A stretch of 64,000 bases of DNA from positions 62,001-126,000 of the IMG/VR virus record IMGVR_UViG_3300022752_000015; one strand, 5' to 3'. Each line of letters opens with the position of its first letter. Position 1 is the stretch's first letter. Positions 54,083 through 62,987 of this stretch are shown here, piece by piece. Under the pieces are notes generated by a model. That model was not told the DNA's origin and did not search any database. It saw only the letters and a list, made by a program, of their open reading frames with translations. A program made the position numbers and the translations under genes.

Positions 54083-56020
54083 TTAACTTATTGTCAACCT
54101 GGCTGATTTACATATTGCATTCAAGTTTGAGCCTGTTGGGTCGCACCATATTCGCGCTTCGATGATACCGTTGCCAGAAGGTGATGTCATCGCCGTTGTT
54201 ACATCCGCTGTTAAGTAAGTATAAGATTGACTCGATCCAGTCAACACAGATCCTGATATCGGTCCAGGAGTTCCACCGAATATTCCATTGTAGTCATAAA
54301 GATCCATGTAGGCTGTAGTTCCTGCTGTCGTCGCTAATATTGCGGAGAACGTGTAGGTCGGTGAACCAGGCAACGAGCTAGTATTTATATAATCCATTCC
54401 CATGGATTCCATTGAACTTGATGGAGCTGTTGACGTCATAGTACCTGCAAGGAACTGCAACGTGAGAGATGAACTTCCACCACCAGCAGAACTAATTCTG
54501 ACAGATCCATTTGATTGCGATACGATGGTGATGTTGCTGCCTGCAACGAGGTAAGAAGTGCCGTCAGTGAGTTTTGTTAATGAGCCGCTAAACCCTGAAG
54601 TCGCCAGGATAGTTCCTGTCATCTCTAGACGGTCTCCTTCCGCGAAGAGAGATCCGCTCACCACGACGTCTCCTCCGAACAGAGATTTTTGGTTGCTTAT
54701 GTTTCCGGTGGAACCGCTGACAAAAAAGAACACGTCAGTTCCGATGTCAGAAGGTGAATCGATCAGCTCCTGTCCTCTAAAAGCGAATGATCCTGTCGTA
54801 TAGACGGATCCTGCAGTCGTAGAATCAAAGAAGTTAATAGAAGAACCACCAGATGCGGTTGAAGAGATTATGACCTGCCCATTAGAAGAAGAAACGATCG
54901 TAACGTTTGAACCTGCAACAAGATATGAAGTACCATCAACTAAATTTGTCAATGATCCGCTCAATCCATGGGTAGCTGCAATAGAACCTGTTATTTCGAC
55001 GCGACCATTTCCTAATGAGCCTGAATTAACTCGCAGTACGTCGCTTCTGTTGACGTCTGCCATACCAGTTCCATTACCGACGACGAATAACGAGAAGTTG
55101 TTATTCCGCTGATTGTATTTTCCACTAACATGTTGATAGCTTCCAGAAGCTATTGTCCCCAAACCTTCTGTATGAGATGCTTCGCCTACGGCGGCGGTGC
55201 CTGAACCTTCTGCATGTGAATAATCGCCTTTTGTAACAGTACTTGTTCCTTCAGAGTGAGAAGCATAGCCATCTGTTGCAGTACCTTCTCCTTCTGCATG
55301 TGAATAATCGCCACGGGATTCAGTTGCAGAAGTTCCTTCTGCATGAGATCCTGCACCGATCGCGGCGACGCCAACTCCTTCTGCATGTGAATAACTGCCA
55401 TAAGCGATTGCGTTGTCTCCTTGCGAGAACGAACCAGTCAAATGAACTGTATTACCATTATAAGTGAAATTCGACGAGGCACCAAAAGATCCAGCGTTAT
55501 TAAACTGTATTTCGTCGTCTGAGCCTGCGGGAGATCCTGATCCACCAGCAGAAGAGATTGTGACTTGACCATTAGACGCTGTAGTGATAGTAATATTCGA
55601 CCCAGCTACGAGGTAGGAGGTACCATCTGCGAGACGGGTGAGAGAACCGCTGATGCCTTCAGTTACGACCAAAGTGCCAGTTATCTCAAGATAATCACTC
55701 TCTAGTAAAAATGTGCCGCTAACGACTAAGTCTCCTCCGAAGACTGAAACTTTATTTTCTGCTGGGTTAGTAGCGCCTATTGATCCGCTGACGAAAAAAA
55801 ACACGTCGGTTCCAACGTCAAAGGGAGAGTCTAATCCCGTTTCGTCTCCTCTAATTATAACGGATCCAGTAGTATAAATTGAATCGTTGGTGGTAGAATA
55901 CCAGAATTGATCTCCGCTACCTCCTCCGCCACCACCACCCCCGCCGCCTGAAGCAAAGATGGGTTGCTGTCTAAAAAAAGAATAAGTTTTTCTAAATCTA
56001 TTCTTGTCGTTTGTTGACAT
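54083..56020 (-). CDS. Fibre/adhesin-like virion protein with YadA-head-like repeats
   Basis: Repeated [YG]SHAEG units; three SGSLTxLxDGTSYLVAGSN modules; Gly10 linker. Confidence 0.75.
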   Translation of the reverse strand: MSTNDKNRFRKTYSFFRQQPIFASGGGGGGGGGGSGDQFWYSTTNDSIYTTGSVIIRGDETGLDSPFDVGTDVFFFVSGSIGATNPAENKVSVFGGDLVVSGTFLLESDYLEITGTLVVTEGISGSLTRLADGTSYLVAGSNITITTASNGQVTISSAGGSGSPAGSDDEIQFNNAGSFGASSNFTYNGNTVHLTGSFSQGDNAIAYGSYSHAEGVGVAAIGAGSHAEGTSATESRGDYSHAEGEGTATDGYASHSEGTSTVTKGDYSHAEGSGTAAVGEASHTEGLGTIASGSYQHVSGKYNQRNNNFSLFVVGNGTGMADVNRSDVLRVNSGSLGNGRVEITGSIAATHGLSGSLTNLVDGTSYLVAGSNVTIVSSSNGQVIISSTASGGSSINFFDSTTAGSVYTTGSFAFRGQELIDSPSDIGTDVFFFVSGSTGNISNQKSLFGGDVVVSGSLFAEGDRLEMTGTILATSGFSGSLTKLTDGTSYLVAGSNITIVSQSNGSVRISSAGGGSSSLTLQFLAGTMTSTAPSSSMESMGMDYINTSSLPGSPTYTFSAILATTAGTTAYMDLYDYNGIFGGTPGPISGSVLTGSSQSYTYLTADVTTAMTSPSGNGIIEARIWCDPTGSNLNAICKSARLTIS

Positions 56021-56192
56021 TTAAATTCTTAATGCTCCAGGCACGTATCATCAAATGTATGACATTCCGGAAAACGTTAAATACACAAAACCATACTTTC
56101 AGTATTTATCTGTCCACAGAAATACACGACCACACAAATTAATGAAATTCCATTTATGTATACTTTTGTATTACATTGTATAATTACAATCT

Positions 56193-56729
56193 ATGATTAA
56201 CGCGACGATTTTTATAAATTTGATAATCTCTTTTTCCATTCTAGCTTTTCCAACAAAAGAATGTAAAGTAGAGAGAAAACTTACGCCGATCGACAGCGAT
56301 GATCTTGTAAAAATCTTAAATGAATCTTATGCAAATGTCTACGGAAGCTTGCCACATGAAAATTTGTTAGCAGGCGCATGGTCACATATCGCATTGGAAA
56401 ACCAACATGGTCGTAAAATTTGGAATCATAATTTAGGTAATATAGGAAATTTGCCTGCTAGTACTCCTGGTCCGTATTATAGTCATTTTGGGAAAGCGAA
56501 ATATAGATCTCATAAAAACTTTGTAACAGGAGGAGAAGAATATTGGAGATTCATGTCAAGATGTTCGATCGCTTTGAAAAATTTTAGATCAGGCAATCCT
56601 AAAGAGGCATCTCTTTCGTTGAAAAGATGTAATTATTATAGATCGAATCAAGAAGATTACTCAATTGCATTATCAAATTTATATGCAAAAGGACTTAGAA
56701 AATCCAAAGAATTTAAGAGAAGAGAGTAA
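56193..56729 (+). CDS. GH73/glucosaminidase-like protein with an N-terminal hydrophobic segment
   Basis: HIALENQHG...NHNLGNI...YRSHKN...EEYWRF...NYY...YSIAL aligns by eye with the GH73 pattern. Confidence 0.5.
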   Translation: MINATIFINLIISFSILAFPTKECKVERKLTPIDSDDLVKILNESYANVYGSLPHENLLAGAWSHIALENQHGRKIWNHNLGNIGNLPASTPGPYYSHFGKAKYRSHKNFVTGGEEYWRFMSRCSIALKNFRSGNPKEASLSLKRCNYYRSNQEDYSIALSNLYAKGLRKSKEFKRRE

Positions 56730-57168
56730 TCCGATCGTAGGATTTTCTAAAAAAAATGGATTTGAGTTCCTTTCTAATTTTTATAATTCTTCGATAACTT
56801 TTGAAGGAAAGTTATATCCCTCTGTTGAGCATGCATATCAAGCTGCAAAAAGCTTGAACCAAGAAACGAGGGAACTAATAAGAAAAGCTGAAAATCCCAA
56901 TCTTGCTAAAAGGTTGGGACAATCTGTCATTGTTAGAGAAGATTGGAAAGAGGAAAAAATCTCTATCATGAAGGATTTGATAAGAAAAAAGTTTGAAAAT
57001 CCTTTTATTCGTTGGAGATTAAAAGGAACAGATAACAGACCGCTGATTAATGAAAATCGGTGGAATGATAGATTTTGGGGAACAGTAGGAGGTGTAGGAG
57101 AAAACTGGCTCGGTAAAATATTGGAGGAAGTAAGAAAAGAAATTCTTCAAGATGATCAAGAAGAATGA
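56683..57168 (+). CDS. NADAR (YbiA-like) ADP-ribosylhydrolase
   Basis: FLSNFY, YPSVEHAYQAAK, W...K..IM, ENRWNDRFWG, G.NWLGKILEEVR. Start uncertain (TTG 56665 or ATG 56683). Confidence 0.9.
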   Translation: MQKDLENPKNLREESNPIVGFSKKNGFEFLSNFYNSSITFEGKLYPSVEHAYQAAKSLNQETRELIRKAENPNLAKRLGQSVIVREDWKEEKISIMKDLIRKKFENPFIRWRLKGTDNRPLINENRWNDRFWGTVGGVGENWLGKILEEVRKEILQDDQEE

Positions 57169-57556
57169 CGTGGCTTGTTTACGAGGTGTTACAATGGAAG
57201 ATGTAAAACAATTCATAGTGGTACGCAACGATCTAAACATGAGAAGAGGAGAAATCGCTTCACAAGTTGCCGCAGCTTCCGTAAAGTTTTTAATAGAAAA
57301 TAATGAAGCCGCCAGACCAGATCAGGTTTTTGTCAATCTCTCGAATGACGAAGTTTCATGGCTAACTGGGTCTTTTTCGCAAATTATCTTAGGGGTAGAT
57401 TCCGAAGAACAGCTACATGATATTTTAAATCGAGCGGAGTTCATGGGAATAGAGGCTCACTCTAACACAAAGGGTAACGAATTAGTGTGTGTAGCATTAG
57501 GACCTGACAATACAAAATTAATTGAAAAGATTGTTAGTAAGTTAAAACCCATTTAA
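57152..57556 (+). CDS. Pth2-like protein with degenerate catalytic motifs
   Basis: KQFIVVRNDLNM..G...Q.A and CVALGP match Pth2, but GK.AAQ..HA reads GEIASQVAAA and DAGxT is absent. Confidence 0.7.
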   Translation: MIKKNDVACLRGVTMEDVKQFIVVRNDLNMRRGEIASQVAAASVKFLIENNEAARPDQVFVNLSNDEVSWLTGSFSQIILGVDSEEQLHDILNRAEFMGIEAHSNTKGNELVCVALGPDNTKLIEKIVSKLKPI

Positions 57557-57575
57557 ATTAGAATAAACTATTGCA

Positions 57576-58085
57576 TTGATTTGTGTTAGAATTTCAAAGA
57601 ATGAAATGAAAAAGCACAAAATTACGTTACCTGATAACGAAGCAAAGACGAAATATTTTTATTTGTTTCCAGAATCAACAGTCCTTCACAATTTAGTCAA
57701 AAAATCTTCAAAGAAAAACTTAAACAACTTATTGAAAACCCACCCAGAGGTTGAAGTCATCACCTTGAAAAGAGGACAGTGGTTGGAAGTCGAATGGAAC
57801 GGGTGCCACATCGATTACATTGACAACAAGCACGTTTCTACTACATTCTTAAGATTAATAAAAGCTGCATCTGCTGCAAAAAAAACCAATGATGGATCGC
57901 TAATCTCAATTCACTTTGGATGGATATTGAGCGATCATTTGAGACTAATCGACGGAGTCAGAGAAGGAATAAAAATACAAACTTTATCTGAAGAAGATGA
58001 ACAGTTTGAATTTGCTGATTTATTCCAAGATAATGAAACTATCGAAGATATCGTAAAGAAAAACTTGCAGTGTGAATTAAATTGA
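57576..58085 (+). CDS. Hypothetical protein
   Basis: 169-aa ORF in the plus-strand island; ATG 57606 may be the start. Confidence 0.65.
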   Translation: MICVRISKNEMKKHKITLPDNEAKTKYFYLFPESTVLHNLVKKSSKKNLNNLLKTHPEVEVITLKRGQWLEVEWNGCHIDYIDNKHVSTTFLRLIKAASAAKKTNDGSLISIHFGWILSDHLRLIDGVREGIKIQTLSEEDEQFEFADLFQDNETIEDIVKKNLQCELN

Positions 58086-58110
58086 TACTTATATAAAAAA
58101 GGGGAACTTT

Positions 58111-58311
58111 ATGATCTCAATAAACTTATATGAATCATCAGACGGTTTGTTTGTAGAGGAAACAATCACCCCAACAAAAAAAGAACATAAAGAAGCAGAA
58201 AATTTAATTACGATTGATGAACTTCAGTTGCAACTGATAACAGTAGAATCAATCAGAGATGACAGACCACCTGTCGGTATTCCAACACAGACACTTCTTA
58301 CCATAGTCTGA
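58111..58311 (+). CDS. Small hypothetical protein
   Basis: Preceded by ATACTTA (58085-58091) and GGGGA; its 3' end overlaps the convergent gene by 63 nt. Confidence 0.4.
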   Translation: MISINLYESSDGLFVEETITPTKKEHKEAENLITIDELQLQLITVESIRDDRPPVGIPTQTLLTIV

Positions 58312-58707
58312 AGTTATAGCAATCGAAGAAGCTCCATCAATTAAACTTTCAGACGCAGATATGACCATTGGTGCAGAAGAGCATATTCCTTCTCTATCCT
58401 TAATAAAAATTATTTGACCCTCACGAGGTCCAGAAGGCAAAAGCACCTTAGCAGAGTTTCTTATAGGTATAGATATAAGAGCAATGCTTGCGTCATTGCT
58501 TAAATTGATAGTATATCCATTCTCACTTGTCGCATAATAGACTTTAGATGATAACGAAAATCTGCCCATCAGAGTTAAATCAGACGGTGAATTACTCAAC
58601 CCAACTTGAAAGCTAGCTGGGCTTGCAACTAAATTAACTGCATCATTCAACGAACTTCTTATAATCAAGAAAAGATTTTTATCTACGTCTGATTTGATGT
58701 CAGCCAT
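58249..58707 (-). CDS. Putative virion fibre-associated protein
   Basis: VLLPSGPREGQIIFIKD...IDG...ITSDYG....W...W.VI module common in phage fibre proteins. Confidence 0.6.
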   Translation of the reverse strand: MADIKSDVDKNLFLIIRSSLNDAVNLVASPASFQVGLSNSPSDLTLMGRFSLSSKVYYATSENGYTINLSNDASIALISIPIRNSAKVLLPSGPREGQIIFIKDREGICSSAPMVISASESLIDGASSIAITSDYGKKCLCWNTDRWSVISD

Positions 58708-58710
58708 ATA

Positions 58711-60135
58711 TCACACTCGTGTATTTCCAAATCCATCTACTGAAAAGTTGATAAGTTTTAAATTTGTCGCTTTTATACTTGATTGAATTGGTCTATTTCG
58801 AGATAATAAGTCAAAATACGGCAAAGAAGAAGTAGCTTCAAAACTCAAATTTTGAGATTGCGTATTTTCTGGTATCGTTAATTTGCCCTCTGAATCAACA
58901 AACTTAACAGTGACGGGAGAACTCGGGATTGTTTGTATCCTATCTTGTGAATTTGGAGCGAATATTTTTGTAAATTTTCTCTGTTCTAGCATATCTCTGA
59001 ATTGTCCATATCTACCTTGGCGATAATATGCTGAAGTATAATCTTCCAACGCGCTATGTAATCCATATTTCCACCCTCTTATAATTGGAGAAATATTCCA
59101 AATACTACCTGTCACTCCTTCGTACGTGCCAGCAAGAGATACTGACACGTTCGTGTTATTTTTTAATCTAAATTCAGGCCAGTTATTAGATCCTCTCATC
59201 GCGTATCCAAAAACATTATTTGAATCTACATAAGAAGATGAATACATTATAGTATTGACATCTCCGTACCCAAACAACACTTTCATCGTATCATTGTCAG
59301 AACAAGACCCTGTTACAAATCTGGTAAAAAATTTTTTGTTTGTATCTCTATCGACGACCCAATGATGATACCAATTTTGACCAGATGGCAAAAATATCGT
59401 ATTTAAAGCTAAAGTATTGTGTTTGTTGCTGTAACTAGCATTTGGGCCAACCGTACCTATTATAAGAGACTTTATTTTTTTTCGTTTTGTTACTTTCGTA
59501 AAATTATTGCCTGTATTGTCTAAAAAATTGGCATGATAAGCAGCCTCAATGTTACCATTAAAAAATTTTTGTTGCAATTTTCTAGAAACGTCTGAATATC
59601 TGGGTTCGAAAGGAAAAGAACGAGTCCAATTTTTGTCTACACCTCTATTAAAATTGCTTCTACTTCCATTTGACGTCGGAATAAAATTATCAAACATAAT
59701 AAATCCAACGTTGTTAGTATTGTCTACTCCTGTGTTTGGAGGGTTAAAACCTGGTTTTTCATCCACAGACCCAGACATAAAAAACGGTTCAGCTCCGTTT
59801 CTCTTAAAACATGTTATAGCATCAGGAGTTAACGTGTCGTAGATTCTTTCGTTGTGACAAATGTGTTTAGCTGCTCTACAATTTCCCGATTTCTCTTTAT
59901 AGGGTTGAGATCTGTAAGAAACAGAGGTAGAAGAATCAAATACGCTGGTTCCGGGTTGTTGAGACTGGCTACTGTTAATTGAACCGTAGACTACGCCTCT
60001 ATTACCATAAACATATTTTCTTTTTCCTCCCGCTGTTGTTAGGGAAATTATATTTCCCATAACTACTTGATCGTAAGTTCCTGATATATAAGACTCTTTG
60101 TACTCTACTTCAAATTGATCTAAGACGGCTACCAT
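58711..60135 (-). CDS. Putative virion structural protein
   Basis: 474-aa ORF in the structural operon. Confidence 0.6.
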   Translation of the reverse strand: MVAVLDQFEVEYKESYISGTYDQVVMGNIISLTTAGGKRKYVYGNRGVVYGSINSSQSQQPGTSVFDSSTSVSYRSQPYKEKSGNCRAAKHICHNERIYDTLTPDAITCFKRNGAEPFFMSGSVDEKPGFNPPNTGVDNTNNVGFIMFDNFIPTSNGSRSNFNRGVDKNWTRSFPFEPRYSDVSRKLQQKFFNGNIEAAYHANFLDNTGNNFTKVTKRKKIKSLIIGTVGPNASYSNKHNTLALNTIFLPSGQNWYHHWVVDRDTNKKFFTRFVTGSCSDNDTMKVLFGYGDVNTIMYSSSYVDSNNVFGYAMRGSNNWPEFRLKNNTNVSVSLAGTYEGVTGSIWNISPIIRGWKYGLHSALEDYTSAYYRQGRYGQFRDMLEQRKFTKIFAPNSQDRIQTIPSSPVTVKFVDSEGKLTIPENTQSQNLSFEATSSLPYFDLLSRNRPIQSSIKATNLKLINFSVDGFGNTRV

Positions 60136-62987
60136 GTTTTTGTCTCTCCTATAACCACTTCATGAATTGCGTCTGAAGACAATTCTTGATTCAGTGGATC
60201 GTGAAATTCTCTACCGTTAGAGACTAAGCTTCCATACAATGTAATATTGATACTTCCAGTTGATAATTTAACATCATGTTGTATTGACCCAGAAGTATAT
60301 GGACTAGCGACTTCAGTGGAAAAGAAATAAGGTCTTGATTTGGAAATAGAAAAAACTATTCTATCATTGGGGAATAGAAGATAAGGAGAAGTTAAAGTCT
60401 TTTGTTGGTTAATTGTGGAAGTTGCATAAAATTCCGGTGTCGGAGAGGCTGTTGTTGCTATATCGATTAACTCAGATAATATATTTCCATCTTTGTATTT
60501 GTAGAAAACATTTGAATAGCTTCCTTGCGAAAGTCCTTGAGAAGTAACATACTCTTTACCAAACATTGATCTGCCTGATGGTTCGAATCCCGTACCACCT
60601 CGTCCTAAATTATTAGCTGCAACAATCGTTCTTGCTCTAAATCCATTGCCACCAAGATCTTGATTAAAATTCTCTATTGATCCTCTACCTATTAAGCTCC
60701 ATTCTGGGTTATTAAAAACCGTTTTTAATGAAGCAGTCAAATACCCTAAAGTCTGATTCATGTAGATTGTATCTCTGACCAAGACTCCGTTAGATATGGC
60801 TGATTCGCACTTTAAACGAACGCTGCCAGTGAAATAATATCCTGCAGATCCAGAGTTTCCTGTCACTACAGCTGATGGTGTACCATACGCATTAAATCCT
60901 CGAGGGATAATTTGCCAAACATCGCCACCTAAAGAAACCAAGTCTGGAGATCTGGAGTATACTATTTTTGTTTCATTGTCTAACGAGTGTGTGACTGTGC
61001 CAGACATGATTAAATCTCTACGAGTTCTTCCTCCTATGTTTATTTGGTTGAACAATGCGAAAGTTATTCCAGGACCTCCTATGTCAAAAGGTGTACTTAA
61101 CGCTGCTGGACTATATGAAGCATCAATAAGATTTCCTACTGGTAAGAAACATTGTGTTTTATCATTAAACCATCCTGGACCCATTTCAAAAGGAATTTCT
61201 ATAACTGCTTTTTCTAACAAAAAAGGTTGAGAAATTGGAACCACAATAGTTTCATCTTTAATTGCTGAATATCTTGGATCGTTTTGTATGCTTTTACTGT
61301 AGTATTTATTTAAAGCTAAGGTTTCATTGTCTCTAGTCCAACCTTTATTAAAAACATCGTCAGTCGGATAACTGAAATTGATGCGAAAATCGTCGCTATT
61401 TGATCCTGAAGAAATATTAAAACCGAATGCATTAAATCCTCTATCTACCTCAGTCAAACGATTATAGTAAGTGTCTTCATAGTGATTAGCTATATCGAAT
61501 CCCTCTGCAAAAGAAGAAGTTGGGTATTGCCATCGTTTTGTAGCTGAATTATAGTAATAAATGCTTGAAGAAGCGCCAAACATGGTGGTTTTATGATCCA
61601 CACGAAACGACATTCTTATTTGGGTTTTTGATTGGAGCGGATGAGAAAAACCAAGTCCTACGTCTACAGGAGATGTTCCAACAGAAAAAAAGCTATCTTC
61701 TCTAGATTCACTCTCATATCTTCTATGGTCTTCAAACGCAGGAACTCTAGAATCATCTTTTGAAATCAAGAAATCTTGAACCAAAGATTTTACAACACTT
61801 CCTGTTACTAAAAAATCTCCTGAAAACAAATCCTGACGATGCGTTGAATCTGAAGTAGAATTTCCGTAAAACCTAGGTAAAGTTGTAGGGTAATTAACAG
61901 GTTGTTGACCATCTATAACAATTCCAGACTTTGCGCTCTTTCTTTTTCCATACAAAATAGAATTATTATCGTTGAAAATGATATTCTTGTTCCCTAACCT
62001 ATTATCCCCTGTACGAGCAGTAGTGGGTAGAGAACTCTTACAATCTAGGTTTCGTAAACTTTGCCTAGGCAATATTCTTCGTTTATTTAACGGAGGTTGG
62101 AATACCAAAGTTGATCCAAAGTTTTTTTGACCTGGCCAATTAAGCAACGGGCGGAGACCTATAGAATAACTAGCTACGTTTAAAGCTGTATCTGTGTCAG
62201 AATAGGATGAATCATATTCTGCTCCACCATAAGTAGATAATTTTCTTACGGACTTAGAATAATCTAGTTCAGTAGCAAAATCTCTCATTTGATAATAACC
62301 GTCAAGGAAGACTCCTACGGTCGCATTATCGTTTGATCCGCCAGTGTATAATCTCCAACCAGAACGAGGCGAGTATCTAAATTCAACGCGTCCGTTCTCA
62401 TAAACTATACATTCAAAAATTAAAACGTTGTCTTCGGCTAAGGAAATTGAATGCCATCTAATGACAAGTCTTTTTCCTAAAGGAGAATTTTTGTCGATGC
62501 AATACATCACTCCATTTGCTGTAGGGTGGTAGGCATCAGTGAGGGGGAAAAGCCCTTTGTTCACGGAGTCTTGTTGGACTGTCGTGAAGAGAGAAGCTAG
62601 ATCGTATTTGTTTTTTAAATCATCAAACCATGGGGCAAGCAAGAGATGTTGCTTACCTCCAAAGCTTGAATTTATAGACCAATTTTCTCCAGAAGTTGAA
62701 GATAAAATATCACCCAAAGAAAATGCGAACGAAGGATCAACAAGAAGCATCCATCCGTTTGTCGAAACGACGAATTTATTGTATGTGATGCCGTTGATCT
62801 GAAATCCAAATCCGATGTCCAGCTCAGAAGAAACTGCATCATCAGCGCTTGGTTGTCCAACTGAACCTGGGATTGGCACGAATAACGATGCATCGACCCC
62901 CGAAAGACCTCTACCTATTTCTTTGGTTAAAATATAATCTTTGAATAACCTCTGCGGAGGCGTTCTAGAAGATCTTGCGGAAGGCAT
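60129..62987 (-). CDS. Large putative virion protein with an N-terminal NIDO-like domain
   Basis: IGFGFQINGITY..FVVSTNGW...LAPWFDDL...VIRW...FE...YENGRVEFRY. Confidence 0.55.
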   Translation of the reverse strand: MPSARSSRTPPQRLFKDYILTKEIGRGLSGVDASLFVPIPGSVGQPSADDAVSSELDIGFGFQINGITYNKFVVSTNGWMLLVDPSFAFSLGDILSSTSGENWSINSSFGGKQHLLLAPWFDDLKNKYDLASLFTTVQQDSVNKGLFPLTDAYHPTANGVMYCIDKNSPLGKRLVIRWHSISLAEDNVLIFECIVYENGRVEFRYSPRSGWRLYTGGSNDNATVGVFLDGYYQMRDFATELDYSKSVRKLSTYGGAEYDSSYSDTDTALNVASYSIGLRPLLNWPGQKNFGSTLVFQPPLNKRRILPRQSLRNLDCKSSLPTTARTGDNRLGNKNIIFNDNNSILYGKRKSAKSGIVIDGQQPVNYPTTLPRFYGNSTSDSTHRQDLFSGDFLVTGSVVKSLVQDFLISKDDSRVPAFEDHRRYESESREDSFFSVGTSPVDVGLGFSHPLQSKTQIRMSFRVDHKTTMFGASSSIYYYNSATKRWQYPTSSFAEGFDIANHYEDTYYNRLTEVDRGFNAFGFNISSGSNSDDFRINFSYPTDDVFNKGWTRDNETLALNKYYSKSIQNDPRYSAIKDETIVVPISQPFLLEKAVIEIPFEMGPGWFNDKTQCFLPVGNLIDASYSPAALSTPFDIGGPGITFALFNQINIGGRTRRDLIMSGTVTHSLDNETKIVYSRSPDLVSLGGDVWQIIPRGFNAYGTPSAVVTGNSGSAGYYFTGSVRLKCESAISNGVLVRDTIYMNQTLGYLTASLKTVFNNPEWSLIGRGSIENFNQDLGGNGFRARTIVAANNLGRGGTGFEPSGRSMFGKEYVTSQGLSQGSYSNVFYKYKDGNILSELIDIATTASPTPEFYATSTINQQKTLTSPYLLFPNDRIVFSISKSRPYFFSTEVASPYTSGSIQHDVKLSTGSINITLYGSLVSNGREFHDPLNQELSSDAIHEVVIGETKTW

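Noticed and set aside
60560-60600. GGTTCGAATCCC...ACCA resembling a tRNA T-loop and CCA end
   Set aside because: No T-stem pairing, no acceptor stem, and it lies antisense within a long CDS.
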